A stretch of 64,000 nt of DNA from Candidatus Caccalectryoclostridium excrementigallinarum (lineage in GTDB: Bacteria > Bacillota > Clostridia > Christensenellales > UBA3700): NCBI GenBank assembly GCA_018714485.1, contig DVNJ01000024.1:15806-79805 (forward strand), read 5' to 3'. The position numbers and the translations under genes were made by a program. Positions 42,647-52,865 of this stretch are shown piece after piece. Position 1 is the stretch's first letter, and each line of letters opens with the position of its first letter. The notes under the pieces were generated by a model. It was not told the origin of the DNA. It was given only the letters and a program-made list of their open reading frames with translations, and ran no database searches.

Positions 42647-45160
42647 GTGAAAATTATGAAGAGCAAGAGTGAAACTTCGGGAACGCTTTACCGGTTTTCT
42701 TCCTTTGTGGTCAGGGCGCGTTGGGCTTTTATCGCGCTTTTTCTCGTGGCGATGATATTATGCGCCGTTTTCATTCCCATGATCGAGGTGAAATACGACC
42801 TGTCGTCCTATATGCCCGAGGATTCCAAGACGAATATCGCCCTTTCGCTGCTCAAAGAGCAGTTTGACGACAAGGGCATGGCTTACGTCATGGTCAAGGG
42901 GGTGAGCGAAGAGCAGGCGACGGAACTTGCGGGTACGATCGGCTCCATTGACGGCGTCAATATGGCGACCTTTATCCCCGGTTCACCCACGAGCTATAAC
43001 GAAGAGAGCCAAAGCGCCCTCTTTACGGTCATTCTCGACGATTACGACTCGACCGAGGGCGCTTTCGCCGCGGTGGAGAACATCATCGACACGCTCGATA
43101 AAGGCGGATACGAGAACTATCTCACGGGTCAGTCCGCCTATTCCTATTTTACCCGCCTCGAGACCGAGGACAGCATGCTCAAAATAGGTATCGTCATCGT
43201 GGTCGCAATTTTGCTCATTCTGCTTTTCACTTCGCGCACCTATTTCGAACTCGTGCCCATGCTGGCGGTGTTCGGCGTCTCCGTGCTGCTCAACATGGGC
43301 ACCAACGCCATCTTCCCCGGCATATCCTATATCTCCAATCTGATAACGATAGTTTTGCAGCTCGCGCTCTCGCTTGACTATTCCATCATTCTGCTTCACC
43401 GCTTTATGGAAGAGCGGCAAGTTTATGCCGACGTCAAGCAGGCGCTTTCCGTGGCGCTTTCAAAGGGCATCGTGGAGATACTCTCCAGCTCGCTGACCAC
43501 GATAGCGGGATTGCTCGCGCTCGCGCTCATGTCGCTGCCTATCGGCGTGGAGATAGGCTTGGCGCTCGCCAAGGGCATCGTGGCGAGCCTAATTTCCGTG
43601 ATCTTCCTCATGCCCGCGCTGCTGTCTTTTTCCGACAAGCCGCTCAAAAAGAGCGAGCATAAAAACTTTGTGCCGAGCGTGGCCAAGTCTTCGCGCGCGA
43701 TCGTCAAGGCGCGCAAGGTGATCGTGCCGCTCTTTCTCGTCATCGTCGTGCTCGCGGGAGTGGGGCAGGGCTTTAACACCTATTCGTTCAACTATAACTC
43801 CGGCTCCATGATCGTTTCCGGTCAGGACGCCATCAAGGAGGCGGGCTTCGGCACGCTCAATACCTTGGTCGTGGTCGTGCCGCGCGAGGGCGGCGTGGAA
43901 AAGGAAAAGCAGCTCATCGAGGCGATCGTCGAGGACGGGGGAGAGTTCGACAAGGACGGCATCGTCAACGACACCAACATCAACGCCATCGCCTACACGG
44001 AGATGATGGGCATAGGCTTCGGAGACCATCTCACCAAAGCGCAGATACAAGAAAGCATCGCGCCGCTTTTGGGGCAGGCGGATCTCTCGGGAATGGGGAT
44101 CGAGGCGGAGGACATCGACGCCATGATAGGCGTGCTCTTTGACGACTTTTGCGAGCAAAACGGGATAACGCCCGCCGAGGACACGAGCGTCATGGTCGCC
44201 GATCTGCTCGATTATATGACGGACGACATCGGCGACAACGTTTTGAGCTTGATGGGTAGTAAGCTCTTTGCCGCGCTCAAGCAGGTGGGCTTGGATATAG
44301 ATCCCTCCGCGCCGGGACTTCTCGACACGGCGGAGACTTTTTACGACATGCTCGCGCAGGTGCGCTTCGGCATAGACAATCTGCGTAGCGCGGATTATTC
44401 GCGCATAACCTTCACCTTGGACGCGGGAGTGGAGGACGAGGCGAGCTTCGCGCTGATAGACAGGCTTTATGCGGGCTTGGGCGAATATTACGAGGAATTT
44501 TATATCACGGGCGAGAGCGTGGCTTGCTATGACATGGCGGATTATTTCGAGGTGGACAACATGGTCGTCTGCCTCTGCACGCTCGGCTTTATCTTGGTGA
44601 TCCTCCTCTTCACCTTCCGCAACTTCTCGCTGCCGATAATTTTGGCGCTCGCCATTCAGGGCGGTATCTGGATAAACTTCGCCATTCCCTTCCTCGCGGG
44701 CAACTCCGTCACCTTTATCGGCTATCTCATCATCACCGCGATCCAGATGGGCGCGACGATAGATTACGCCATCGTGCTCACCAACCGTTACCGCACCACA
44801 AAGCATCTCTATCCCGACCGTTACACCGCCATGGCGGAGTCGGAGAACGCCGTGTTCTCCACGATAATCACCTCGGGAAGCATCCTCACCATCACGGGCT
44901 TCGCTCTCGGTATCGCCGCCTCGGGCGTGGTCGCGCAGTTGGGTATTTTGCTCGGCATAGGAACGCTCGCCTCGATCCTGATCGTGCTGCTGATCTTGCC
45001 GTCGCTGCTGCTCGTGACGGAAAAACTCGTCGAAAAAACCGACTTTCCGCGCCTTGGGCGCAAGAAGAGCGCGGCGGCGGAAGAAGGGCAGAATGAACGC
45101 GAGAAAGAAAGCGAAGCTTGCTCGGGCGACGAAAAAGCGGAGAGCGCGGGCGAGAATTAA
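42647..45160 (+). CDS. MMPL/RND-superfamily transporter
   Basis: 837 aa arranged as two 6-TM bundles, each preceded by a large soluble loop, which is the typical MMPL/RND topology. The C-terminal tail is acidic. Start is GTG 42647 or ATG 42656. Confidence 0.85.
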   Translation: MKIMKSKSETSGTLYRFSSFVVRARWAFIALFLVAMILCAVFIPMIEVKYDLSSYMPEDSKTNIALSLLKEQFDDKGMAYVMVKGVSEEQATELAGTIGSIDGVNMATFIPGSPTSYNEESQSALFTVILDDYDSTEGAFAAVENIIDTLDKGGYENYLTGQSAYSYFTRLETEDSMLKIGIVIVVAILLILLFTSRTYFELVPMLAVFGVSVLLNMGTNAIFPGISYISNLITIVLQLALSLDYSIILLHRFMEERQVYADVKQALSVALSKGIVEILSSSLTTIAGLLALALMSLPIGVEIGLALAKGIVASLISVIFLMPALLSFSDKPLKKSEHKNFVPSVAKSSRAIVKARKVIVPLFLVIVVLAGVGQGFNTYSFNYNSGSMIVSGQDAIKEAGFGTLNTLVVVVPREGGVEKEKQLIEAIVEDGGEFDKDGIVNDTNINAIAYTEMMGIGFGDHLTKAQIQESIAPLLGQADLSGMGIEAEDIDAMIGVLFDDFCEQNGITPAEDTSVMVADLLDYMTDDIGDNVLSLMGSKLFAALKQVGLDIDPSAPGLLDTAETFYDMLAQVRFGIDNLRSADYSRITFTLDAGVEDEASFALIDRLYAGLGEYYEEFYITGESVACYDMADYFEVDNMVVCLCTLGFILVILLFTFRNFSLPIILALAIQGGIWINFAIPFLAGNSVTFIGYLIITAIQMGATIDYAIVLTNRYRTTKHLYPDRYTAMAESENAVFSTIITSGSILTITGFALGIAASGVVAQLGILLGIGTLASILIVLLILPSLLLVTEKLVEKTDFPRLGRKKSAAAEEGQNEREKESEACSGDEKAESAGEN

Positions 45161-45184
45161 AGCGTTTTGACTTGAAAGACAAAA

Positions 45185-45212
45185 GAAAAACGGCGGTCAC
45201 CCGCCGTTTTTT
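45185..45212. terminator. bidirectional terminator (MMPL / glnN)
   Basis: AAAAA-cggcgg-tcac-ccgccg-TTTTTT. Confidence 0.8.
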
Positions 45213-45227
45213 GATAGGGAAATTTTC

Positions 45228-47318
45228 TTATTTGACCGAGAAGAGGATCTCGCCGTAAGTGGGCATGGGCCAATATTCGGACGCGGTGAGCGTTTCCATG
45301 GTGTCGGCGCATTCGCGCAGCTTTTTCATCACGGGGATCACCTTGTCCTTGTAAGCCATGGCTTTTTTCTCCACGTCTGCCGTCCTTTCCGTCTTTTCCG
45401 TCGCGCTCTTCAGGTTCGCCGCCTGCTTGTAAGCTTCGGCGATGAGGGCGGAGAGCTTGTTGACGAGGTCTGCCTGCGCGCTGAGGTTGGCGGCGGGGCA
45501 GGCGGCAACGGCGGCGTTGATGCTCTCGGAGAGGTCTTTGACGTATTTATTCACGGCGGGTATGACGTCGCGCACGATCATCTCCTGCATGGTCATGGAT
45601 TCGATATGCAGGACCTTGCAATAGTTGTCTAATAAGATCTCCGTGCGCGTGACCACTTCTTCTTCCGTGAAGACGCCGTGGCGGGTGAAGAGGTCGATGT
45701 TTTTGCGCGACTTGAAGAGGGGCATCGCCTCGGGCGTGCTGCCCAAATTGAGCAGTCCGCGAGCCTTCGCCTCGGCGACCCATTCGGGAGAATAGTTGTT
45801 GCCGTTGAAGACGATGCGGCGGTGCTTGGTGAAAGATTCCTTGATTATCGCCGTGACCTCGTCCATGATGTCGCCCTTGGCGGCGTCTAACCTGTCCGCG
45901 AACTTGTCGAGCGCGTCCGCGACTATCGTGTTGAGGACGATGTTGGGACCGGCGATGGAGAAGGTGGAGCCGAGCATGCGGAACTCGAACTTGTTGCCCG
46001 TGAAGGCGAGCGGCGAGGTGCGGTTGCGGTCGGTGGAGTCCTTGGGGAAGTGGGGCAGAACTTTCACGCCTACCTCAACTTCGCACTTGGCGCGCTTGGA
46101 GTAAGGTCTGTCTTCGGCGATCGCGCTCAAAATGCCGTCCAGCTCTTCGCCGAGGAAGACGGAGATGATCGCGGGAGGCGCTTCGCCCGCGCCCAACCTA
46201 TGGTCGTTGCCCGCGCTGGCGACAGAGAGGCGGAGCAGATCCTGATAATCGTCCACCGCCTGAATGACCGCGGTGAGGAAGAGCAGAAACTGCGCGTTGT
46301 CTTCGGGAGTGCTGCCCGGATCGAGCAGGTTTTCGCCCTTGTCCGTGCTCATCGACCAGTTGTTATGCTTGCCGCTGCCGTTCACGCCCGCGAAAGGCTT
46401 TTCGTGCAGCAGGCACGCCATGCCGTGGCGGGCGGCGACTTTTTTCATCGTCTCCATCGTCAGCTGATTGTGGTCGGTGGCGATGTTGGTGGAGGTGAAG
46501 ATGGGAGCCAGCTCGTGCTGGGCGGGCGCGACTTCGTTATGCTTGGTCTTGGAGAGTATCCCCAACTTCCAAAGCTCGTGGTCGAGGTCTTTCATGAATT
46601 CGCTCACGCGGGTCTTGATCGCGCCGAAATAATGATCTTCAAGCTCCTGTCCCTTGGGAGCGGGCGCACCGATGATGGTCCTGCCCGTGTAGACGAGATC
46701 CTTGCGCTTTTCGTAGACGGCGCGGTCGATGAGGAAATATTCCTGTTCGGGTCCCACGGTCGTGTCCACATGTTCGGCGTCCTTGCCGAAAAAGCGCAGT
46801 ATCCTCAGCGCCTGGCGGTTGATCGCCGCCATGGAGCGCAAAAGGGGAGTTTTCTTGTCGAGCGCCTGTCCGCCGTAAGAGCAGAAGGCGGTGGGAATGC
46901 AGAGAGTGCCGTCTTTTATGAAGGCGTAAGAGGTGGGATCCCACGCCGTATAGCCGCGCGCTTCGAAGGTGGCGCGCAAGCCGCCCGAGGGGAAGGAGGA
47001 GGCGTCCGGCTCGCCCTTGATAAGTTCCGCGCCCGAGAACTCCATGATCACCTTGCCGTTTTTGGCGCGCGAGATGAAGGAGTCGTGCTTTTCCGCCGTC
47101 ACTCCCGTCATGGGCTGGAACCAATGGGTGAAATGGGTGCAGCCCTTTTCGATCGCCCAATCCTTCATGGCGTTCGCCACGACGTTGGCGACTTCGAGCG
47201 TGAGAGATCTGTCCTCTTTGATGCACCTGTTGAGTTCCTTATAGGTGGCGTTGGGCAGTCTTTCCTGCATGACCGCGTCGTTGAAAACCATCGTGCCGAA
47301 AAGCTCGTTCATATCCAT
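45228..47318 (-). CDS. glnN: type III glutamine synthetase
   Basis: 697 aa with GS-III-type N-terminus [22 protein letters not shown] and a catalytic core ([10 protein letters not shown]). ATG 47318 has an AAGGAGAC SD. The 739-aa extension was rejected. Confidence 0.9.
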   Translation of the reverse strand: MDMNELFGTMVFNDAVMQERLPNATYKELNRCIKEDRSLTLEVANVVANAMKDWAIEKGCTHFTHWFQPMTGVTAEKHDSFISRAKNGKVIMEFSGAELIKGEPDASSFPSGGLRATFEARGYTAWDPTSYAFIKDGTLCIPTAFCSYGGQALDKKTPLLRSMAAINRQALRILRFFGKDAEHVDTTVGPEQEYFLIDRAVYEKRKDLVYTGRTIIGAPAPKGQELEDHYFGAIKTRVSEFMKDLDHELWKLGILSKTKHNEVAPAQHELAPIFTSTNIATDHNQLTMETMKKVAARHGMACLLHEKPFAGVNGSGKHNNWSMSTDKGENLLDPGSTPEDNAQFLLFLTAVIQAVDDYQDLLRLSVASAGNDHRLGAGEAPPAIISVFLGEELDGILSAIAEDRPYSKRAKCEVEVGVKVLPHFPKDSTDRNRTSPLAFTGNKFEFRMLGSTFSIAGPNIVLNTIVADALDKFADRLDAAKGDIMDEVTAIIKESFTKHRRIVFNGNNYSPEWVAEAKARGLLNLGSTPEAMPLFKSRKNIDLFTRHGVFTEEEVVTRTEILLDNYCKVLHIESMTMQEMIVRDVIPAVNKYVKDLSESINAAVAACPAANLSAQADLVNKLSALIAEAYKQAANLKSATEKTERTADVEKKAMAYKDKVIPVMKKLRECADTMETLTASEYWPMPTYGEILFSVK

Positions 47319-47454
47319 AAAAAGTCTCCTTATGCGCGCAAGTGAGAATATATACAAAATCAGTATAAGTTTTTTGGGCGAAAAAGTAAAGAAAAACGCG
47401 GAAAAAATTTTTGTCGCGCGGCGGAAAAAATCGAAAAAGCGTGGCAAAAAATAT

Positions 47455-47483
47455 TTGTATAAATTTCGAAGTTGTGATATACT
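47455..47483 (+). promoter_or_regulatory. candidate promoter for carA/carB
   Basis: TTGTAT (47455-47460), a 17-nt spacer, then TATACT (47478-47483) preceded by TGa (extended -10). Confidence 0.5.
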
Positions 47484-47627
47484 GATTAAAATGCAAAAAG
47501 GAGAACGCCGTGGCAGGAGTGTTTGAGCAGGGCATGATGCCCCTTAGCGCGATTATCGTCCGCCCCGATATATATTCGGAGCTTTGCGGTGTTTTTCTCT
47601 TAAATAAGCGTATTACCGTTAAAAAGA

Positions 47628-47653
47628 CCTTGGCTTAATGCCGAGGCTTTTTT
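47628..47653 (+). terminator. leader terminator/attenuator hairpin 36 nt upstream of the carA ATG
   Basis: ccttggc-ttaat-gccgagg (7 bp including one G-U) followed by cTTTTTTa, inside the 5' UTR. Confidence 0.6.
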
Positions 47654-47688
47654 ATAATGCGGCGAAAATAAACTATAAGGACGGGCTT

Positions 47689-48768
47689 ATGGACAAGGTT
47701 TATCTGATTTTGGCAAGCGGCGACGTTTTCGAGGGAACGTCCATCGGCGCAAAGGGAGAGACCGTGGGCGAAGTGGTTTTCACCACCGCCATGACCGGTT
47801 ATCTGGAAACCATCACCGACCCCAGCTATTACGGGCAGATAGTGGTGCAGACTTTCCCGCTCATCGGCAACGTGGGCGTCATTCCCGAGGATTTCGAGAG
47901 CAGCGGTATCAGGCTCAAAGGCTATATCGTGCGCGACCTTTGCGAATATCCTTCCAACTTCCGCTGCAAGGGCAGCCTCGGCGACTTTTTGAAAGAGCAG
48001 GGAGTGATAGGCATTCAGGGCATCGACACGAGGCATCTGACCAAGATAGTGCGCGAGCGCGGCGTGATGAACGGCATCATCACCTCTTCGCCCAAGCTCA
48101 CGGCGGCGCAGAAAAAGGCGCTTGAAGAATATTCGATAAAGGGCGCCGTTCAGGAAACTTCCTGCAAGAAAAGCTATGTCGTGCCCGCAAAGGGCGAGAA
48201 AAAGTTCCGCGTGGCGCTCGTCGATTACGGCAGCAAGTCCAATATCGAGCGCGAGCTTGTCGCGCGCGGCTGCGAGATAACCGTGTTCCCTTGCTCGCGC
48301 AAGGCGGAAGACATTCTCAAAGGCGGTTTTGACGGCATCATGCTCACCAACGGTCCCGGCGATCCCGCGGAGAACGTCTTTGAGATAGAGCAGGTCAAAA
48401 AGCTCATGGCGGGCGGACTGCCCGTGTTCGGCATTTGCTTAGGGCATCAGCTCATGGCGCTGGCGCAGGGAGCAAAGACGGTCAAGCTCAAATACGGTCA
48501 CAGAGGCGGCAATCAGCCGGCAAAGGAAGTGGGCGCGGACAGGATCTATATCACCTCGCAGAACCACGGTTACGCCGTGGACGGAGACACTCTTCCCGCG
48601 GATAAGGGATATGTGAGCTTCGTGAACGCCAACGACGGCACCTGCGAAGGCATAAATTACACCTGCTGCAACGCTTTTTCCGTGCAGTTCCACCCCGAAG
48701 CCTGCGCGGGACCGCTCGACACGCAGTTTTTGTTTGACAGATTTATAGAGAAAATGGAGGAAAAGTAA
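47689..48768 (+). CDS. carA: carbamoyl-phosphate synthase small (glutaminase) subunit
   Basis: GICLGHQL Cys nucleophile, HGYAV and FSVQFHPE blocks. ATG 47689 has an AAGGACGGG SD. ATG 47638 lies inside the terminator hairpin. Confidence 0.95.
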   Translation: MDKVYLILASGDVFEGTSIGAKGETVGEVVFTTAMTGYLETITDPSYYGQIVVQTFPLIGNVGVIPEDFESSGIRLKGYIVRDLCEYPSNFRCKGSLGDFLKEQGVIGIQGIDTRHLTKIVRERGVMNGIITSSPKLTAAQKKALEEYSIKGAVQETSCKKSYVVPAKGEKKFRVALVDYGSKSNIERELVARGCEITVFPCSRKAEDILKGGFDGIMLTNGPGDPAENVFEIEQVKKLMAGGLPVFGICLGHQLMALAQGAKTVKLKYGHRGGNQPAKEVGADRIYITSQNHGYAVDGDTLPADKGYVSFVNANDGTCEGINYTCCNAFSVQFHPEACAGPLDTQFLFDRFIEKMEEK

Positions 48769-51700
48769 ATGCCGCTCAATAAGAATTTGCATAAGGTAAT
48801 GGTCATAGGTTCCGGTCCGATCGTCATCGGACAGGCGGCGGAGTTCGACTATGCGGGAACGCAGGCATGCCGCGCGCTCAAAGAAGACGGACTTGAAGTC
48901 GTGCTCGTCAACTCCAACCCCGCGACCATCATGACGGACAACGCCGTGGCGGACAGGATATATATCGAACCGCTCACCTTGACCACGGTCAAGAGGATAA
49001 TCGAAAAAGAGCGCCCCGACAGCCTGCTCTCCACGCTGGGCGGACAGACGGGACTTACCCTCTCCATGCAGCTTGCCAAAGAGGGCTTTTTGGAAAAGAT
49101 GAACGTGACGCTGCTCGGCGCCGACCCCGAGACGATAGACAGGGCTGAGGACAGAGAGCGCTTCAAGGAGACGCTCGCGGAGATAAACGAGCCGGTCATT
49201 CCCTCGGACATCGCCGAAGACATCGACACCGCGATCGCCGTGGCAAGGAGGATAGGATACCCCGTAATAATCCGTCCCGCCTTCACGCTGGGCGGCAGCG
49301 GCGGCGGCATCGCCGAGGACGAGGCACAGTTCATCGAGATAGCCTCGGGCGGCTTGCGCGTTTCCCCCATTCATCAGATACTCGTGGAAAAGTGCATAAG
49401 CGGCTGGAAGGAGATAGAGTTCGAGGTCATGCGCGACTCCAAGGGCAACGCCATCGCCATCTGCTCTATGGAAAACTTCGACCCCGTGGGCGTGCATACG
49501 GGCGACTCCATCGTCGCCGCTCCCGCGGTCACGCTGGCGGACAAGGAATACGAAATGCTGCGCACCGCGGCGCTGAGGATAGTCAACAAGCTCAAGGTCA
49601 ACGGCGGCTGCAACGTGCAGTTCGCGCTGCGCCCCGATTCGTTCGAATATGCGGTCATCGAGGTCAATCCCCGCGTGAGCCGTTCTTCCGCGCTGGCGAG
49701 CAAGGCAACGGGTTATCCCATTGCAAGGGTGGCTACCAAGATAGCTATCGGCTATACGCTCGACGAGATACTCAACAAGGTCACGGGTAAGACTTATGCC
49801 TGCTTCGAGCCTTCGATAGACTATATCGTGGTCAAGTTCCCCAAGTGGCCTTTCGACAAGTTCTATTATGCCAACCGCAAGCTCGGCACGCAGATGAAAG
49901 CCACGGGCGAGGTCATGGCGATCGGTACGACCTTCGAGCAGGCGATCATGAAAGCCGTGCGCGGAGCGGAGATCTCCAAGGACAGCCTCTCTTCCAAGAA
50001 ATATGCCGGCTGGACGGACGCTCAGGTCTGGGACAAGCTGCATGACTGCGACGACGAGAGGATATTCGTGGTCTATGAAGCGCTGCGCCGCGGCGTGGAG
50101 ATAGAGGCGATAAACATGATAACCAAGATAGACCCCTGGTTTATCGCCAAATTGAAGAATCTGACCGAGATGGACAAAAAGCTTGCGAGCGAAAAACTCA
50201 CCGACGAGCTTTATCTGCAAGCCAAGAAGATGGGCTATCTCGATTCGACCATCGAAAACATCAGCGGGCAGAAGATAAAAAATCCCCGCTACGCTTCTTA
50301 TAAGATGGTGGACACCTGCGCCGCCGAGTTCGCCGCGCAGACGCCTTACTTCTATTCCACCTATGACGACGAGAACGAGGCGCGCGAGTTCATCGACAAC
50401 CTCAAAAGCGACAAGAAGAAGGTGATCGTCTTCGGTTCGGGTCCCATTCGTATCGGACAGGGCATCGAGTTCGACTATGCCTCCGTGCACTGCGTCTGGG
50501 CGCTCAAAGCCAAGGGCTATGAAGTGGTCATCGTCAACAACAACCCCGAGACCGTCTCCACCGACTTCGACACCGCCGACAGGCTTTATTTCGAGCCGCT
50601 CTCCAACGAGGACGTGCTCTCGATAATCAACACGGAAAAGCCGGACGGCGTGGTCGTGGCGTTCGGCGGACAGACGGCGATCAAGCTCACCAAGATGTTG
50701 CGCGAGAAGAATATCCCCATCATGGGCACGCAGGCGGAATATATCGATATGGCGGAGGACAGAGAGCGCTTCGACGAGCTGCTCGAAGAGTTGGAGATCA
50801 AGCGTCCCCGCGGCTATACCGTCATGACCAAGGAAGAGGCGATCAAGGTCGCGGGCGAGATAGGTTATCCCGCGCTGCTGCGTCCTTCTTACGTCTTGGG
50901 CGGTCAGAACATGGAGATATGCTATTCGGAAGCGGACGTCTCGCAGTATATGGACGTCATACTCGCGCAGAAAATAGAAAACCCCGTGCTCGTGGATAAA
51001 TATCTCATGGGAACGGAGATAGAAGTGGACGCCATCTGCGACGGAGAGGACATACTCATCCCCGGCGTCATGGAGCATATCGAGCGCACGGGCATACACT
51101 CGGGCGACTCCATAGCCGTCTATCCTTCGTGGAACATCAGCGACGAAATGATCGACAGGATAGTGGACTGCTCGCGCAGGCTGGCGCTTTCGCTGCATAC
51201 GGTGGGACTTGTCAATATCCAATATCTCATCTATCACGGCGAGCTTTACGTCATCGAGGTCAATCCCCGCTCTTCGCGTACCGTGCCTTATATCAGCAAG
51301 GTCACGGGCATACCCATGGTCGACCTGGCGACGCGCGCGATCCTCGGCGAAAAGCTCAAAGACATGGGCTTCGGAACGGGACTTTACCGCAATTCGCCCT
51401 ATGTGGCGGTCAAGGTACCCGTCTTCTCCTTCGAGAAGCTGAGCAACGTGGACACGCAGCTCGGACCCGAGATGAAGTCCACGGGCGAAGTCCTCGGCAT
51501 CGCCTCGACGCTGGAAGAGGCGCTGTTCAAGGGACTTGTCGCCGCGGGCTATAAGATGCGCAAGAAGGGCGGCGTCTTCATCACCGTCCGCGATCAGGAC
51601 AAGAGCGAGATCGGCGACATCGCCCAAAAGTTCGACGACTTGGGATACACCATCTATGCCACCGCGGGCACCGCTGCCGTGCTGAAAAAGGCGGGTATCG

Positions 51701-52815
51701 AAGTCATCGTGGTGGACAAGATACATCAAAACCAGTTCAACAACAACCTGACGCTCATCGAAAGCGGCAAGGTCAATTACATCATCTCCACCTCCGCGAA
51801 GGGCAAGCTGCCCACCCGCGACAGCGTCAAGATACGCCGCAAGGCGATCGAGCGCGCGATCCCCTGCCTCACGTCCATAGACACGGCGGAAGCGGTGGTA
51901 AACAGCCTGATGAGCCGCTATTCGGAATATAACACCGAGCTTGTGGACATCAACAAGCTGCGCACGGGCAAGGTCAGGAGAGAGTTCGTGAAGATGGTGG
52001 GCTGCGGCAACGACTATATCTACTTCGACTGCCTGGGCGGCAACGACCTCGACAGCCCCGAAGGACTTGCCGTCAGGCTTTCGGACAGGCATTTCGGCAT
52101 AGGCGGCGACGGCATCATCCTCATCTGCGATTCGGATAAGGCGGACGCAAAGATGCGCATGTTCAACTTAGACGGCTCTGAGGGCAAAATGTGCGGCAAC
52201 GGCATACGCTGCGTCGCCAAGTATCTCTACGACTCGCATATCGTCAACAAGAAGGAGTTCACGATCGAGACGCTCAGCGGGATCAAGAACGTCAAGGTCA
52301 TCACCCGCTCGGGCGAGGTCATCATGGTCCGCGTGGATATGGGCAAGGCGGAGCTGGCGCCCGCGGCTGTGCCCGTCAAGGCGGAAGGCGAGAGCGTCGT
52401 GGACCGCGAGATAGAAGTGGGCGGCAAAAAATACAAGGTTACCTGCGTGTCCATGGGCAACCCGCACTGCGTGGTCTTTACCGACAACGTGGACAATCTC
52501 GACATCGCCAAGATAGGTCCCGCTTTTGAAGAATCCGAGCTTTTCCCCGAGGGCGTGAACGTGGAATTTGTCAAGGCGCTCGACGATCATACGCTGAAAA
52601 TGCGCGTGTGGGAGCGCGGCAGCGGCGAAACTTACGCCTGCGGTACGGGCGCCTGTGCGACCGCCGTGGCGGCGTGCCTCAACGGGCTTTGCAAGAAGGG
52701 CGAGGACATCACCGTGCGCCTGCTCGGCGGCGATCTGACCGTAAATTATACGGACGACGCGGTCTATATGACGGGCGACGCGGTCAAGGTCTTCGACGGC
52801 GCAGTCGAGATCTGA
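48769..52815 (+). CDS. carB: carbamoyl-phosphate synthase large subunit fused in frame to diaminopimelate epimerase
   Basis: Residues 1 to about 1064 form a complete CarB (two ATP-grasp halves, oligomerisation domain and MGS-like domain ...TSIDTAEAVVNSL). With no stop codon it continues into FVKMVGCGNDYIYFD...MCGNGIRC...ERGSGETYACGTGACA, a full DapF with both catalytic Cys. An internal AGGAG (51976-51980) and in-frame GTG (51988) are present. Confidence 0.9.
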   Translation: MPLNKNLHKVMVIGSGPIVIGQAAEFDYAGTQACRALKEDGLEVVLVNSNPATIMTDNAVADRIYIEPLTLTTVKRIIEKERPDSLLSTLGGQTGLTLSMQLAKEGFLEKMNVTLLGADPETIDRAEDRERFKETLAEINEPVIPSDIAEDIDTAIAVARRIGYPVIIRPAFTLGGSGGGIAEDEAQFIEIASGGLRVSPIHQILVEKCISGWKEIEFEVMRDSKGNAIAICSMENFDPVGVHTGDSIVAAPAVTLADKEYEMLRTAALRIVNKLKVNGGCNVQFALRPDSFEYAVIEVNPRVSRSSALASKATGYPIARVATKIAIGYTLDEILNKVTGKTYACFEPSIDYIVVKFPKWPFDKFYYANRKLGTQMKATGEVMAIGTTFEQAIMKAVRGAEISKDSLSSKKYAGWTDAQVWDKLHDCDDERIFVVYEALRRGVEIEAINMITKIDPWFIAKLKNLTEMDKKLASEKLTDELYLQAKKMGYLDSTIENISGQKIKNPRYASYKMVDTCAAEFAAQTPYFYSTYDDENEAREFIDNLKSDKKKVIVFGSGPIRIGQGIEFDYASVHCVWALKAKGYEVVIVNNNPETVSTDFDTADRLYFEPLSNEDVLSIINTEKPDGVVVAFGGQTAIKLTKMLREKNIPIMGTQAEYIDMAEDRERFDELLEELEIKRPRGYTVMTKEEAIKVAGEIGYPALLRPSYVLGGQNMEICYSEADVSQYMDVILAQKIENPVLVDKYLMGTEIEVDAICDGEDILIPGVMEHIERTGIHSGDSIAVYPSWNISDEMIDRIVDCSRRLALSLHTVGLVNIQYLIYHGELYVIEVNPRSSRTVPYISKVTGIPMVDLATRAILGEKLKDMGFGTGLYRNSPYVAVKVPVFSFEKLSNVDTQLGPEMKSTGEVLGIASTLEEALFKGLVAAGYKMRKKGGVFITVRDQDKSEIGDIAQKFDDLGYTIYATAGTAAVLKKAGIEVIVVDKIHQNQFNNNLTLIESGKVNYIISTSAKGKLPTRDSVKIRRKAIERAIPCLTSIDTAEAVVNSLMSRYSEYNTELVDINKLRTGKVRREFVKMVGCGNDYIYFDCLGGNDLDSPEGLAVRLSDRHFGIGGDGIILICDSDKADAKMRMFNLDGSEGKMCGNGIRCVAKYLYDSHIVNKKEFTIETLSGIKNVKVITRSGEVIMVRVDMGKAELAPAAVPVKAEGESVVDREIEVGGKKYKVTCVSMGNPHCVVFTDNVDNLDIAKIGPAFEESELFPEGVNVEFVKALDDHTLKMRVWERGSGETYACGTGACATAVAACLNGLCKKGEDITVRLLGGDLTVNYTDDAVYMTGDAVKVFDGAVEI

Positions 52816-52836
52816 CGGCTTAAAGACAAGGAGCGG

Positions 52837-52865
52837 CCCGCACGGAAAGTGCGGGTCGTTTTTCA
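52837..52865 (+). terminator. intrinsic terminator after carB-dapF
   Basis: cccgcac-ggaaa-gtgcggg followed by tcgTTTTT. Confidence 0.8.

Noticed and set aside
47484-47627. PyrR-type attenuation site or ARG box in the carA leader
   Set aside because: No match to the PyrR loop consensus (UCCAGAGAGG) or to an 18-bp ARG-box palindrome was seen by eye. The regulatory class remains open.
48439-52092. 1217-aa minus-strand ORF antisense to carB
   Set aside because: Same artefact class. carB on the plus strand has unambiguous motifs along its whole length.
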